The notes under the pieces are model-generated. The model ran no database searches. It worked only from the letters and a program-made list of their open reading frames with translations, and was not told the DNA's origin. Position numbers and translations under genes: made by a program. A stretch of DNA of 64,000 bases from a bacterium (lineage in GTDB: Bacteria; Hinthialibacterota; Hinthialibacteria; Hinthialibacterales; Hinthialibacteraceae). The stretch lies in NCBI GenBank assembly GCA_963663405.2, contig CAXXSM010000122.1, positions 64,001-128,000 on the forward strand, written 5' to 3'. Below are positions 1-12,978 of this stretch, one piece after another (within the stretch, counting starts at the first letter, position 1; each line of letters opens with the position of its first letter).

Positions 1-41
1 TCGCTCTCCCTCTACGATTACGAAAAACACTATGATGGTTC

Positions 42-357
42 TCATTCCTTTGAGGAATTCAACCCTATTACTCCACCCGACAAGATCCTTTCCAGTTCAC
101 CCTCAGACGATTCCGGCTCCGGAATCCGCAACCGCGCGACTGGCGATAAATCCAATTCCACACCAAACGCCTTAATCTGTTTCATCGCCGTGTTTGCAAT
201 CCCAACCGATGGATGCTGTACAGGATAATTTTTCTCCGTCATAATAATCGTTCCATCCTCCTCAAGCCGTTCCACGGCGTCCCGCAACATAGCGCAAGCC
301 TGACAATACGAAGCCAAAATACCCCGATCGATTTTCGATATAATTCCCAACCTCTTC
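42..357 (-). pseudogene. Phage terminase small subunit, P27 family, 5'-truncated by IS1634
   Basis: Sequence LGIISKIDRGILASYCQA...QHPSVGIANTAMKQIKAFGVELDLSPVARLRI matches the P27 TerS pattern. The ORF start (416) lies inside the IS end. Confidence 0.8.
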
Positions 358-2219
358 AACGGATCTTCCATCGCCAAAATTACATAACCTCTTGATTTGT
401 ATAGACTAAGGTCCATTTTAGCCCAAAATGTGTAGCCACTAATATATTTTCATTATTTTTCATATATTTCTATTATTACTATTGATATATTGGGTAATAT
501 GCGCATAATAGTAGACACTATGTACGTCGACCAATGCCAATACAATCAAAACGGAAAATCCCGCGTCCGCACTCTCTTGCGCACCTCCTACCGCGAGGGC
601 GGGAAAGTCAAACATCAAACGATCGCCAATATTTCTCAATGCAGTCCTCAAGAAATTGAAGCCATTCGATTCGCCCTGAAACATAAAAACAATCTCGACG
701 CGTTGAAGAAAAGCGCCTCCCTGCCGGTTTCGACTCAGCAAGGCCTGACCGTCGGCTCCGTGTTTACTCTCCAGCAAGTGGCCAAACGTTTGGGGATCGC
801 CAACGCCCTAGGCCGCACTCAACAAGGCCGGTTGGCGCTTTGGCTCATCCTCGCTCGAATCATCGATCAAGGCACCCGGTTGTCCGCGGTGCGCTTGGCG
901 CGGCAGCATGCCGCTTGCGACCTGATCGGAATGGATTCGTTTGATGAAGAGGACTTATATACCACACTGGATTGGTTAGCGGACCAGCAAGAGACGATTG
1001 AAGACCGGTTGTTCCGGCGGAAACAAAAAGAACACACCCCTCATCTGTTTTTGTATGATATCACGAGCAGTTATTTTGAAGGGCAGCAAAACGAGTTGGC
1101 CGAGTACGGCTACAACCGGGATAACAAGAACGGGAAAAAACAAATTGTCATTGGCTTATTAACCGATGAAGAAGGCGATCCGGTGTCGGTTCAAGTGTAC
1201 CGGGGCAATACATCGGATTGTACAACCGTTCTCGATCAAGTGCAGAAAGTGAAAGAGCGTTTTGGTGTGCAGTCAGTCACCATGGTCGGCGACCGGGGAA
1301 TGATTAAACGCACACAAATCGATCAACTGCCGGAGACGTTTCACTATGTAACTGCACTTACCAAACCGCAGATCCGGACCATGCTGAAGAAGGATGTTCT
1401 TCAACTGGAATTGTTTGATGAGGAGGTCTGCGAAGTCGAATGGGATGGCGTTCGCTACATTCTCCGGCGGAATCCAACCCTCGCGGATGAGATGGCTTCT
1501 CAGCGGGAAGAAAAACGGAAAAACTTACAAACGTTCGTTGACAAGCAAAATGAATACTTACATTCGCATTCCCGCGCGTCTGTGGAAAAAGCCAGGGATC
1601 GAGTTGTCAAGCGAATTCAAAACTGAACTGGAGAAATGGATGACTGTCCAAACTGAGGGCCGGGTTCTTCGGTTGCCAATTGATGAAAACGCCTTGGCTG
1701 AGGTCGCACGGTTGGATGGCTGTTATGTGATCAAGACGGACACCCCGGCCGCTAAGGCGTCCTCCCAACAGATTCACAATCGATACAAAGATCTAGCCCA
1801 AGTCGAACACGCGTTTCGCACGATGAAAACTGGATTCCTGGAAACGCGTCCTCATTACGTTCGCAAAGAGAAGCGAACGAGAGGGCATGTGTTCGTAGTC
1901 ATGTTAGCATACAAAATTGTCCGCTATCTCTCGGAAGGATGGAAAGCCTTGGATTGCACGGTGGAAGAAGGCATCAAAGAACTCAATTCCATCTGCGCGA
2001 CGGATGTACTTCTGGGAGACGTCAACTATCAATCCGTTCCCCGTCCCCGGCCCATGGGAAATGACTTGCTACAAGCGATCCAAGTCACCCTCCCTGACGC
2101 AATCCCTTCCCGAGGCGTCCAAGTAGACACTAGGAAAAAACTCACTCCGCGTAAATAATCCCTTTATTTTATTCGACTTATGATATGAAGGATCATGGGT
2201 CTATAATGGAAGATCCGTT
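358..2219 (+). mobile_element. IS1634-family insertion sequence
   Basis: 14-bp inverted repeat AACGGATCTTCCAT (358-371) / ATGGAAGATCCGTT (2206-2219) around a DDE transposase. No target duplication visible. Confidence 0.8.
490..2158 (+). CDS. IS1634-family transposase, frameshifted near 1620 (ORFs 490-1626 and 1394-2158)
   Basis: Motifs LYDITSSYFEG, YGYNRD, VGDRGM, YKDLAQVEHAFRTMK and RGHVFVVMLAY. Confidence 0.85.
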
Positions 2220-2811
2220 CTAGAGGCCAGATATATACGCTTGTTTGCTTCGCTAGATCTTCTCCAAGAGCGTGGATCGTGTCTAGTTTGATTTTCCCGT
2301 CACTTTCGCTGGGAGATTCAAGAATGAACCTGATTTTTACGCCACGGCCGATCGCATTCAGAAGCGCCTCTGTAATTCCACGGATATCGTAGACAACATA
2401 TGTGACGATTAATAAGGATTCTGAGGCGCTGTTGATTAAATCGAGAAGGACTTGTTCAGTCCTTCGCAATGACACCCCTTTGGGAGTGGGACCGCTCCAT
2501 ACCAATTCAATGGAGGATGAAGACCTACTTTGTTTGATTGTGGTCCCGGCGGTTCTCAGCGCCCAGGAGAGTTCACCCGGTCTTATTGACGGGTACTCAT
2601 AAATCCAACGCTGTAATAAATTCGTTATCTCTTGCCGCACTCCTGATGGTTGGAAATCTTGAGAAATCGACAAACAGTCATCGGGAAGGGATTGAGGAGA
2701 GATTCGATCCAAAGAGTTACATAGCCTTAAAACGGTCACGAAGGGAATCCGATTCACAAAATTCGAAATATAATTTGCGAATTCTTGTTTCTTCGTCTCC
2801 ATCGATATCAA
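2220..2811 (-). pseudogene. drmC: DISARM phospholipase D-like protein DrmC, C-terminus (HKD motif) removed by IS1634
   Basis: IELVWSGP, RRTEQVLLDLI..A..SLLIVTY, RGVKIRFILES, YIWP, then reads into the IS end. Lies directly downstream of drmB. Confidence 0.8.
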
Positions 2812-2813
2812 CC

Positions 2814-4699
2814 TTATTGATCGAAGAAGGCCATCGTCTTCGAATCAAACGTTTGAACGAGCAGGGATCGATCCAGATAGCGATTTCCCCGTTCACAAGA
2901 AGTTTCGGGGGCAAACAGGCAGGCATGACAGGCGGCGCCATGAAGAACGGGCTCTTCGTCCTCCCCCGGCGTGTTTTCGGCGCACAATGGATCGGATGCG
3001 CATATCCTCAAATCTTCCAAGACCTGATTGATATGACCTGCAAGCGTCTTCGGGGAGCCAAGGCTGATGAGTCCGCCGAGTGTCCCTTCGCTATCCGGAA
3101 CGGCTGTATAGATCAAGATCCCAGCCATAGGTTCGTCTGATTCGGACGGAGCTCTAGCATAAATCCGTTCTTTTATACTCGCCGCCGAGTAACCACATTC
3201 CATCGAAAACTGCCTCATTAGAGCGTGGGAAAACGAATGGAGGAGAATGTAGCGGATACCCGGAAACCCAAGATCGGGTTTCAGATTCCGTTTTCTCATC
3301 CACAGGCGATGCGCATTAAGAAAATTCCCCTCACGCGCTAGAACGTACTTGTTTGATTTCGACCACGCAGAGATCATTTCTTCATTGAACTGTAAAAATA
3401 TCCCTTCCCCACGAACCACGGAAACGGGAACCCATTCCGGGGCATTCCGTGTAATCGGCGCTTGGTTTATAGGTTCAGCGTTCGTTCGTTCGGTGATATC
3501 TCCGGGAGATTCAATCCTTGTGAAGCCCGTAAACGCGGCGACTTCTTGCATCCGTTCCACCAAAACGACTTTGGAGATATAACGTTCAAATCCATCTGGT
3601 GGAGCAACTTCCCGTAATTGGAGCAAATTAGTGTTGTGACTGGGATCGGGATTTGAGAATATTTCCCATTCAGGCGTTTTTTAGATCGGTGTTTTCAGAT
3701 CCATCTCCTTGATCCTGTTGATCGCGCTTCTTTTCAATCTCTGTCCAAATCTCATCGTCAGAGAAATCACTAAAATCTTTCAATAGACCAATTCGACGTG
3801 AGAACGCTAAATTATCCTTAGTCTCAATCTTATCAAAGACTACCCAATGATCGTGGACGAGTTGCGATAATCTTCCAGCATCATCCGGGGGAAGCGAAAG
3901 CACGGGGATTGTCAGGGGAAACCAGCTGTTTGAAGCGCCTAACAGAATACTCTTTGCTGGTTTATCGCATTCGTTATCACAGTAGTTGAGTAGATGAGGA
4001 TGCCGTCCTCTGCATGGTGGCAGGATTGAAGGTTGAGAAAGCACGAGGCTGGTATCAAACGCGTCGGACATAGGTCTGGATGCGCCGCATCCCTCGCACT
4101 TCACATACACATCACTCGCCGTTCCCGTTACTCCCATCTCCATCAATTTAAATGGGCCTTTGCAATTCTCGTTTTGTCCGCGATGAACATAATAACTCCA
4201 TGGGAAATCGTCCAGGTGTCCATTTTCGCACGCAACCAGGTATCGAGCGGGAAGCGCGGGTGGTGGCGATCCTTGCCTTTGACAATTGCTATGGACGTAT
4301 TTCGCCCTCTCCGGATGGTACGGATTGGTTTTTAACTCGAACAAACCAGAGTTAATTGGCGCAAGCCGTTGGCAATGGGAGCATTTCAACCAACGGGGGA
4401 AACGTTGCCACAGGGACGCTTATAGCCGGATTTTCATCGTAGGGATTCGAAACACCCGCATCGTTATCAGGGACAGGCGGAAGATATAACGCATTTACTT
4501 GTAAACCTAATTGTTTCTTGACAGCGGATAGCAGACGGTCTTCATTCACCTCTTTGAGATATCCCCGATCCCAACCATCCAATCCCATGATAATAACAGA
4601 GATGTTGGGCAGGTCCACAATGGAGCCGATTCCGTATGTATAGAGCAATTGATTGGGGCGAATCTCCCCGACTTTGGGTCTCTCGGATTTCTCTCTCAT
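2814..4699 (-). pseudogene. drmB: DISARM DrmB (DUF1998 protein), split by two frameshifts (4352-4699, 3670-4389, 2814-3626)
   Basis: VGEIRPNQLLYTYGIGSIVDLP N-terminus; ACENGHLDDFPW; LLHSFSHALMRQ..ECGY..ASIKERIY; DSEGTLGGL; CASDPLC...GAACHAC...ETSCERGNRYLDR Zn motif. Confidence 0.9.
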
Positions 4700-4788
4700 G
4701 CTATCGTTTCCCCCCTAGGATCGACTCCTGTATTTTTTTCGATCGAATGCAAGGATTCATCCCCATACAAATCTTCGGAGATCACCGC

Positions 4789-6162
4789 GGTTCCTCAGAG
4801 AAATCAGTGGGTAAACAAGAGGGAATGCTGAAGAAGGAGAGATAGAAAAGGACATCCGGTAACGTATCCTAAGAAGATGGAGTCGACGAAGACAAACCAT
4901 CAATCAGGAGGCCACCGGATGCAAGTAAAGACTATCCTCAATCGCGTTCATAAAATCAAGGGATTTGTGTACGATTCGGTCTATTTTAGCGAATGGAACA
5001 AGAAAACCGTGTTGGAGGTTGAAATCCGCCCCCGGAAGGGAAATCGTCCAATCTGTTCCGGCTGTGGAAAGAAAAGACCCGGATACGACAAGCGTGACAA
5101 GCGTCGTTTTGAAATGGTCCCGCTGTGGGGAATCGCGTTTTTTTTAATCTACACAATGCGGCGTGTCGAGTGTCCAGACTGCGGGGTAAAAATTGAGCAA
5201 GTTCCCTGGGCCGAAGGAAAGCACGAATTAACGAGCGCGTATCAGTGGTTTCTGGCGGGTTGGGCGAAGCGGTTAAATTGGACGCAAGTGGCGGAGGCGT
5301 TTCAAACGAGTTGGCACAAAGTATTTTGCTCGGTGGAGAGGGCCGTCAATTGGGGACGGGAGCATAGGAACCTGGAAGGAATCACCGCCATCGGAGTGGA
5401 CGAAATGCAATGGGGAAGCGGGCACAATTACGTGACTGCGGTGTATCAAATCAATGAGGGATGTAGGCGGTTACTTTGGATTGGGGAAAAGAGAACGGCC
5501 AAGACGTTTTGAGATTTTTCCGCTGGTTGGGTGAGGAGCGGAGCGCGAAGTTGGAATTCATTTGCAGCGATATGTGGAAAGCGTATCTCAAAGTCGTGGC
5601 GAAGAAAGCGAAAGGGGCCATCCATATTTTGGAATCGTTTTCACATCGTGGCCCATATGAATAAAGCCATCGATGAGGTGCGGGCTGGGGAAGCCAAGGG
5701 ATTGGAGCCGGTCTTGAAAGGAAGCCGTTGGTGGTTTCTCAAACGTTCGGTGAATCTAACCGAGAAGCAGGTGGAAAAACTTGCCAATGTGGTTCGGTAT
5801 AACCTTCGGACCGTGCGTAGTTATCTTTTAAAAGAAGAGTTCCACTTTTTCTGGGACTATAAGTCGGCATCGTGGGCGGGCCGTTTTTTGGATCAATGGT
5901 GTACCAAGACCATGCGATCCCGGATCGAGCCAATGAAAAAGGTTGCGAAGATGCTTCGGCGTCATCGGGAACTGATTTTGAACTGGTTTCGGGCGAAAAA
6001 AGAGTTTTCTTCTGGTGTCGTGGAAGGATTAAATAACAAAGCGAAAGTGACTACCAAAATGGCGTACGGCTTTCGAACATTCGAACGCTGGAAATCGCCT
6101 TGTATCATACCCTTGGTAAACTTCCTCAACCGGAATTTACCCATAGATTTTTTTGACGAGGC
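4789..6162 (+). mobile_element. ISL3-family IS, copy 1 (transposase 4877-6172 broken by 1-bp indels)
   Basis: Near-identical to 21036-22410. Ends GGTTCCTCAGAG and GACGAGGC; Zn-finger CSGC...CPDC, GVDE, CSDMW, RFH and VEGLNNKAK motifs. Flanks differ, so no DR. Confidence 0.92.
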
Positions 6163-9100
6163 TTATTTTTAAATGGAAAAACAGTCAATTTATGCATAAA
6201 TACAATATTTGGTGGGGTATTCACAAAGGATAAATACTTTGTAACAATTGGACATACAAACACTCGATCCATTCCATTAATAAAGTGTAGATTTTTCCTC
6301 CAAGCTCCAAATTTCCACCAATAATTCCGAACTGTTCTATTCCAATTATTTTTTGGTTCGTATCTCAATCTCTCTGGCTTTACTTTCTCTACAACGATCC
6401 TCAAGCAATCAGAATAATCAGCAGCAACAGGTCCATCATAACCTTCAAGAGCGGTTTCACGATTGAGAGGCCAATCAAAGAAATTAATTATCCAGCGGCT
6501 GGGAGATTGATCCGGCCGGGAATTCAAGTCTTCCCCATTAAGGTATGGGAATAAAACATACTTGTTTTTGGGATCTTTATCGATTAATGTTCGTGCTTCA
6601 TTTGGAGTTAAAATGAATCCTTTTCCCAACACGATTGAACCTTGGAAAGATTTATTGGCATTGGCCGCAAGACGATAGGGTGTTCCCGCAATGGTTCCAG
6701 GTTTGGTCAAAAACGGCGTGATTCCGGTTAATTCTCTGGTATCAAGAGTAAACTTATTTTCCACATTCCATTACGAATCCATACATGAGCCACTTCCAAA
6801 GTGGCGTCACCCGGCCAAGGGCGGCTGGGGATTGCTCGGGGGATAGAAAATTGGCGTTGTTCGAGTTGCTCCAACCCGACTTCCCGCGTATCACCCTGAG
6901 CGATTGTATTGGTCGCAATTAATCCAAATAATCCATTTTTCCTCAACAATGAACTAGCTCGCAGGAAAAAATACGAACAGAGATCCGCGCTTCCCTTTTT
7001 CCCAAACGCCAATTGATCGACACAATAATTGCGGTAATCCGTGCCCAACTGCCCAGTAATCTTTTGCCCTCCCATAAACGGCGGATTCCCAACGAAGGCG
7101 TCAAATCCAGGATTCTCCCGCAGGAAGACTTCGGGGAACTCAACCGGCCAATGGAAGGGGCGGCGGTTGTGTTCATCCCGGCTGATTTTTTGATACAGGA
7201 GTTCGTCCGCGAATTTCCTCAGCGCTTGAGCATCCAACTCCGCGTCCGATTCTTCGCCGTGGTTTAATACGTTGTGAATGTGATCGAGGATCAAGTTGCG
7301 CTGTTCCATGAAACTGGGATGCGGTTCCCCGCCCCGTTTGGCGGAATTTCCATCCGCTGTGCTGATGACCGCTCCTATAACCAGATCGCCCACCAAACGG
7401 ACAAAATCAGTGGCCCGGTCGGCTTCCTCCAACAGGGCCTCTTTCCGGCGCTGATCCTCGATATCGGTGACAGAGTACGACTCCAGTTTCTCCCGTTTCT
7501 CCAACGCGCGCTGTAAAGATTTCTTCGCCGTATTGATGGAAAACCACAAATAAAACTGCTTACTATAATCAATCTCGATCTCTGGTTTGATATGGACATG
7601 GTCGATCTGCAGCGGATCGTGCGCACCAAGCAGCGAATCCCCGCATTTCAAAGCATGATCGAGGAAGGTGAAGGGGCGGCCCTTATCGAGTGTAATCAAC
7701 CATAACGACAGTTTCGCCATCTCCACCGCCATCGGATTCTTATCCACACCATAGAGACACTTTTCAGCCACTAACCGCTGGGCCAGAATCTTCCGTTCGG
7801 CGTCATCTTTCGGAAGAGGCCGTTCGGTGGTCTTCCCCATAGCGGGATCGGCGTAGGGATAGGTCAATCTCAGCGATTCACTCTTTTTCTCCGCCTCGCT
7901 TTCCGCATCCGCCCATCGTTGGACGATGTACTCCGCTACGAACCGGCAAGCCTGCACCAAAAACGCCCCCGATCCCATCGCCATATCGCAAATCTTCAGC
8001 TGCAGCGTTTCTTCCACCGTTAACCGGCGGCTCTCCTCTTTGGATTTGCCCTCGGGGATTTCGAGATAGAGGATCGGTTCGAGCGTATGCTGAACGATTG
8101 GCTCGGTGAGAGAACGCGGGGTGTAATGCGTACCCGAACTGCGCCGGTCCGTCCCCGCCGTGACGAAAACACTTCCGGTGGGAATCACAACGGGATAATC
8201 CGATTCATCATCCCGGACCAGTTCCGCAAACGGAAGCACCTGCTCGATCAACGCCTCATCATTATCGCAGGCGGTCCGGAGCCGCGCCATCCGGCGATCG
8301 TCCGGCCTGGCGTCTAGATCTTTCTTTAGTGTCTTTAGTGATCGCCCGGTCTCTTTATTGAGCCATTTGAAAAAATCATCTTCGTTTCTGCTGAGCGCCG
8401 TTTCCAGGTCAGAAACCGCAATCTCCGGCTCATCCCCCAGCTTTCCCTTCAGGCTGAGGTAGGGCTCCGGGGCGCGCCGGGCGGTATGATCGAGAAGCCC
8501 CTCGTACACATGCCCAATCTGTTCAATATCCAGCGCCCGAAACGAAAGCCGCCGTTTCTCTTTACCAGCGCCTCCCCCAAGATTGACTTCCAGATATTGG
8601 AGCGATTCAAGCAAGTGAAGCACGGTGCGGTTATTCATGGGCAGCGGTTCGGCGAGTTCGGTTTGCCAACTCGTGCCCTCTTTCCGGCCTTCCAAGAACG
8701 GATAGCGGTCTGGATCGAACAGATGTCCGCCGTACGGAGGAAGCCGCAGGGATTCGTGCCGCACCCCGCCGTGAACCGCCCGGAACGTTGCAAGAAGGCG
8801 GCTCCAAGCATCGTAACGGCGTTCGAGAATCTCCTCGCCGCTTCGGTCCGCGATCGCGCGTAATTGATCGCAGAGTGTCGTTACGGCATAGTTTTGGTCG
8901 TAAACCGGTTCTCCCAGTAACAGCAATCCGCGCTCTTCCGCCGAATAGAGAAAGACCAACCGCATCATCACCGTCAACGCGGCTTCATACAAAACGAGTT
9001 CATCAACGCCGCTCAACAAGATCCGATTTCGGTCCCGGTCCGCTTTGTCCAACGCCTGAACCAGCATCTCCACCGAGCGGCGCACCTGATACCCCAGCTG

Positions 9101-9817
9101 GTTCGTCACTTCCTGCTGGTTCTTGGCACTCTCCTCAAACAATTTCTCAAGTGTCTGATCCTCAGCGGCGCCAAAGAAACGGTAAGCGGACAGCAGACTG
9201 CGAAACGCCCGCAGTGTGATCTTCTCTTCCTGCCAGAGCGTGGCGTACCACGAAGCGTAACCCGTGGTTTCACCCCGTGGCGCGTAAACCATCATCCAAT
9301 GTTCGCCGTTAGTCACCAGCCCCAACGGGACATCGGCCGCGTGGAGCAAATCCATCATCCGTGACGAGGGTGGGGCTTTCAACCGGCTCCCGGGAACGGA
9401 TTTCTCTAAATTCTGATCCGGTGGATAGGATTGGATGAGAAGACGCGCTTTTCCCTCATCTGAAGTTCCTTTCGGATTGACTACGACCCAATCGGGGCGA
9501 ATCCGTTCGTGATGCTGCGAATCGCTGAGTTCTAATCCGGGAGGGATCCCCTGCCCTTCCCGCAACACCTCTTCACCGAATCCCAATGTTTCATTCAATA
9601 CGAACTGAATCCATGCCCGGTGAATCGCCGGATCGGAGTGATCCGATTGCCGGTTATCGTCCCATTCTCCAAAAGCGATCCGCAACCGGCCCGCGTGATC
9701 CGGATCGTGCGCTTCCAATCCTTGCGGAAACACCTGGGATAAAACCGGGATCGAAAGAAACGGCCCTGAAACCTCGACAAGGGAAAGCCATTCGGCATGT
9801 TCGCGCCCGGCGGTCAT
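6163..9817 (-). pseudogene. drmMI: DISARM class I adenine methyltransferase DrmMI (type IIG/Eco57I-like), frameshift near 6760 and 3'-truncated by ISL3
   Basis: HAEWLSLVEVSGPFLS N-terminus, GTHYTPR, DMAMGSGAFL (motif I), GNPPF (motif IV), PYLNGEDLN. Sits behind drmD with an ATGA overlap. Confidence 0.88.
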
Positions 9818-12592
9818 GATCCCGCCTCCCGCGCCAGTTTTTCGGGGACCAGAAACGTCACCGCGACGGGAAAGAGCCGGGGAACCGGATCGGCGAACCG
9901 GCTTTGGATGACTTTCTTCTCCTGTTCGATCTCTTCGGGAATCTGTTTCAACCGGATACGCAAATTATCCATATCGATTTCATACTGTTTTTTCTCATCG
10001 TCATTAAAACCAGGCAAAAACTGTTCGAGATTGGTTTTGTCGCTCTGTATCTTTTCTTCAATGGATTTTTTCAACTCATTCAAAATGGCCTCGATGTCAC
10101 CCGCTTCCTTTTCGGCGCGTTCTTGAAGAGATTTTTGTAAACCATCGGTACGATCTTTCATCCGCGCTTCTAAAGCCAGTTTGAGCGATGAGGAGTGTTT
10201 TGGCCATAACTCAAGCAGTTTCTTCGCGATCGATTCCGGGGCGGGATCGCGCAGCTCCGCATCAAGCGCCCTTTTCGTCTCCCCTACGTTCATGCGGGAG
10301 AACCGGCCTTCCCGGATCACTCCACCTGCTGTGATGATCTCTTCATGCAATCGATGGCTATCCCCCCCAATCACCACCAATCGAGCGTGTCCAATCAAGG
10401 CGGGAGTCTGAAGAATGTTATTGGGAACCAAGCGCGCCGTCACCCGATTCATCTTCGGATGCGGGGACCAGACTTCCGCCCTCAATAAACGGAGACTCAT
10501 CTGTACCAGCTGGTGGTTCAAGTGACACAGCACGATATCATCGCGGCCATCCAGCAGGTTATGATCGAATACGATCGGACGGATTTACCCGGTGTGAGGA
10601 TGCGCCAATCCCTCCGAACAGACCGCCCATGTTCCTTTCAGCGCGGGGAGATGAAACACGGGGCATCGGATCCGCGTTCCTCTTGGATCGGGCCAGATCC
10701 CTTCCACTTCCGCTTCCTGAAGTGGCGGCTGTTCGGCCAATTCCAACGCGATCTGGACAACGTTCAGGATATTTTCCGGGGAGAGATGCAATTCTTCCCT
10801 GGTTTCGTTCAACTGTTCGGCGAACCGCTCCAACTGTTTTTTGATATCCCGCTCGAACTTCAAGTTATTGGCGACACGCTTCGCCACACTTTCTTCCTTT
10901 TCCGTGTCGAACCGCCGTTCACGGCGTCCCAGCATAGCCATTTCAACTTGCTCGGCGATCACGGGGCCGACTTTCCCCAGATCCGTGCGAATATTCTCGA
11001 CTTTTCTCGCGGCCCGCATAAGGAATTCAAGATCGGCTTCCAGTTCGTTCACATCTTCAGACCAAAATTGATCCCGGTTTTTATATCCCTTGCCAACGAA
11101 ATGATAGATAAGAACCTCATTCGCCCGTTGGCCGTGGCGGTCGATCCGACCGTTTCGTTGCTCCATCCGGTTCGGATTCCATGGGATTTCAAAATGGACC
11201 AGGCGGTGACAGTGGTTTTGTAAATCAATGCCCTCGGACGCCGAATCGGTCGCAAGCAGAATTCGGACGGGGCTTTCCTCTGGATGCGTCTGGAACGCGA
11301 CTTTGATGGCCTCCCGGCTATCGGAATCCATCCCGCCGTAAATCGTCATTAAACGGTCATTCCCTGTCAGGCCTTCCGTCGCGAATCTATCCATAAGCCA
11401 TTTTTGTGTCGCGCGATACTCGGTAAATATGATGACGCGCTCGTTGGACCATTTTCCCCCGGGTTTAACCGTATCTTTCAACCACTGGATCAGAGTCTTG
11501 GTTTTTGAATCCGGACGTCCAACCACTCGCTGCGCCCAATCCTGCATCCGGTCGATCAGATCGCGTTCATCATCCAAAAGGTCTCGGAAAAGCCGCGTTG
11601 TCACTTCAACTGCGTCATGGGTCAATTCTTCATACTGCTCGTCATCATCGGTGTCATCGCCGATGCGGTCAATCTGCTGTTGAAGGATTTTGATATTTTT
11701 TCGTTGCGGCTGTTTTTTCTCTTTTCGAGCTGCGTATTCCAGCGATTTGATGTGTTGTTCGAGCGTTGATTTGAACGCGGCGGGGGAGGAGAACAGACGC
11801 TTCTTGAGCAATTTCAACACAAATTGGATGGCGAAGTTCTCGGTTTGATCTTTAACATCATGGAGACGGGATTCCGTGTATTGCTTTAGTTTTTCATGAA
11901 CGTCAATTTCTTCCTCGGTGTAATCGACTTCCAAGGGAATCAAGTTCCTTTTCGGGAACTTGAGCGAACCATCCCAATCAACAAAATCCGATTTTAACCG
12001 GCGAACCATGATTGAATTGAGCGATTTAGGATCGGGTGTGATGCCCCGCGCAAAGCGCTGGTCATCCAATAACTCGAGAAGCGCCGAAAAACTCTCTGTA
12101 TAACCGTTATGTGGAGTCGCCGTAAGGAAAAGTTTATGCTCAAAATGAGGCGTTAACTGCCGGATAGTGGATGTTCGCATCGAATCGATCGCGTACAATC
12201 CCCCGCCTGACGGCGCGATATTATGGGCTTCATCAATGACCAGTAGATCGAATTTCCGAGGATATACGTCTTCTCCTTCGGCTGGCAACACTTCTTTAAA
12301 CAGCCGGAGCGTCCGTTCCCGTTTCAGGAAATCGATTGACGTGATCAGCCGGGGGAAATGAGTCCATGGATTCACATGAATCCCCCGGCGGCGTCTTAAC
12401 GCTTTCATTAACTCCCGGTTCACAATCCTGAATTCCAAGCCAAACCGGTCACGCATCTGGTCCCGCCAATGAATTTGAAGGGAGGATGGACAAACGATTA
12501 ACGCATTCCGGATACGGTGGCGAAGGATGAATTCCTGGATAATCAACCCGGCTTCCACCGTTTTCCCCAATCCTACATCATCGGCGATCAAC
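9814..12592 (-). pseudogene. drmD: DISARM SNF2-like helicase DrmD, N-terminally truncated and frameshifted near 10585
   Basis: LIADDVGLGKT, DEAH, TATPHNG, SEGIDLQ and WNPNRMEQRNGRIDRHGQ; DrmD-like C-terminus RLFPVAVTFLVP. Homology starts abruptly at Walker A. Confidence 0.88.
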
Positions 12593-12978
12593 ATCCAGAA
12601 TCCACAAACCATAGATAGTGCAAATGAACAACACAAGCACATTTAAGCCCCATATTACAAATTCATAATATAAAAATTAACAGGAAGAAAAAAAGGCACA
12701 TACACCCTCTTGAAGAAAAAGTAAACGGAGTATCCATCGATAAATAGAAAACATCGTGTGACGAATAGGGGGAGGGGGGGGGATGACAATCTCTGGAAGG
12801 ATAAAGACGGAAACCGTAACGTTCTATTCAAATTCGTCTGTTAGTCCTATATGCAGAGAGTGGCAGGCAATTGTGAAATTATCAACATTGAAAATAGCAG
12901 TTACGAAAACGCGCTCTAAGCGCTATTTCTGTTTCTATGTGGAATATTGGTGAAAGTCGCACAGGGGCGGCGAGGCTT

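Noticed and set aside
12949-12963. GGTGAAAGTCGCAC resembling the group II domain V loop
   Set aside because: The flanking catalytic stem is missing; likely chance.
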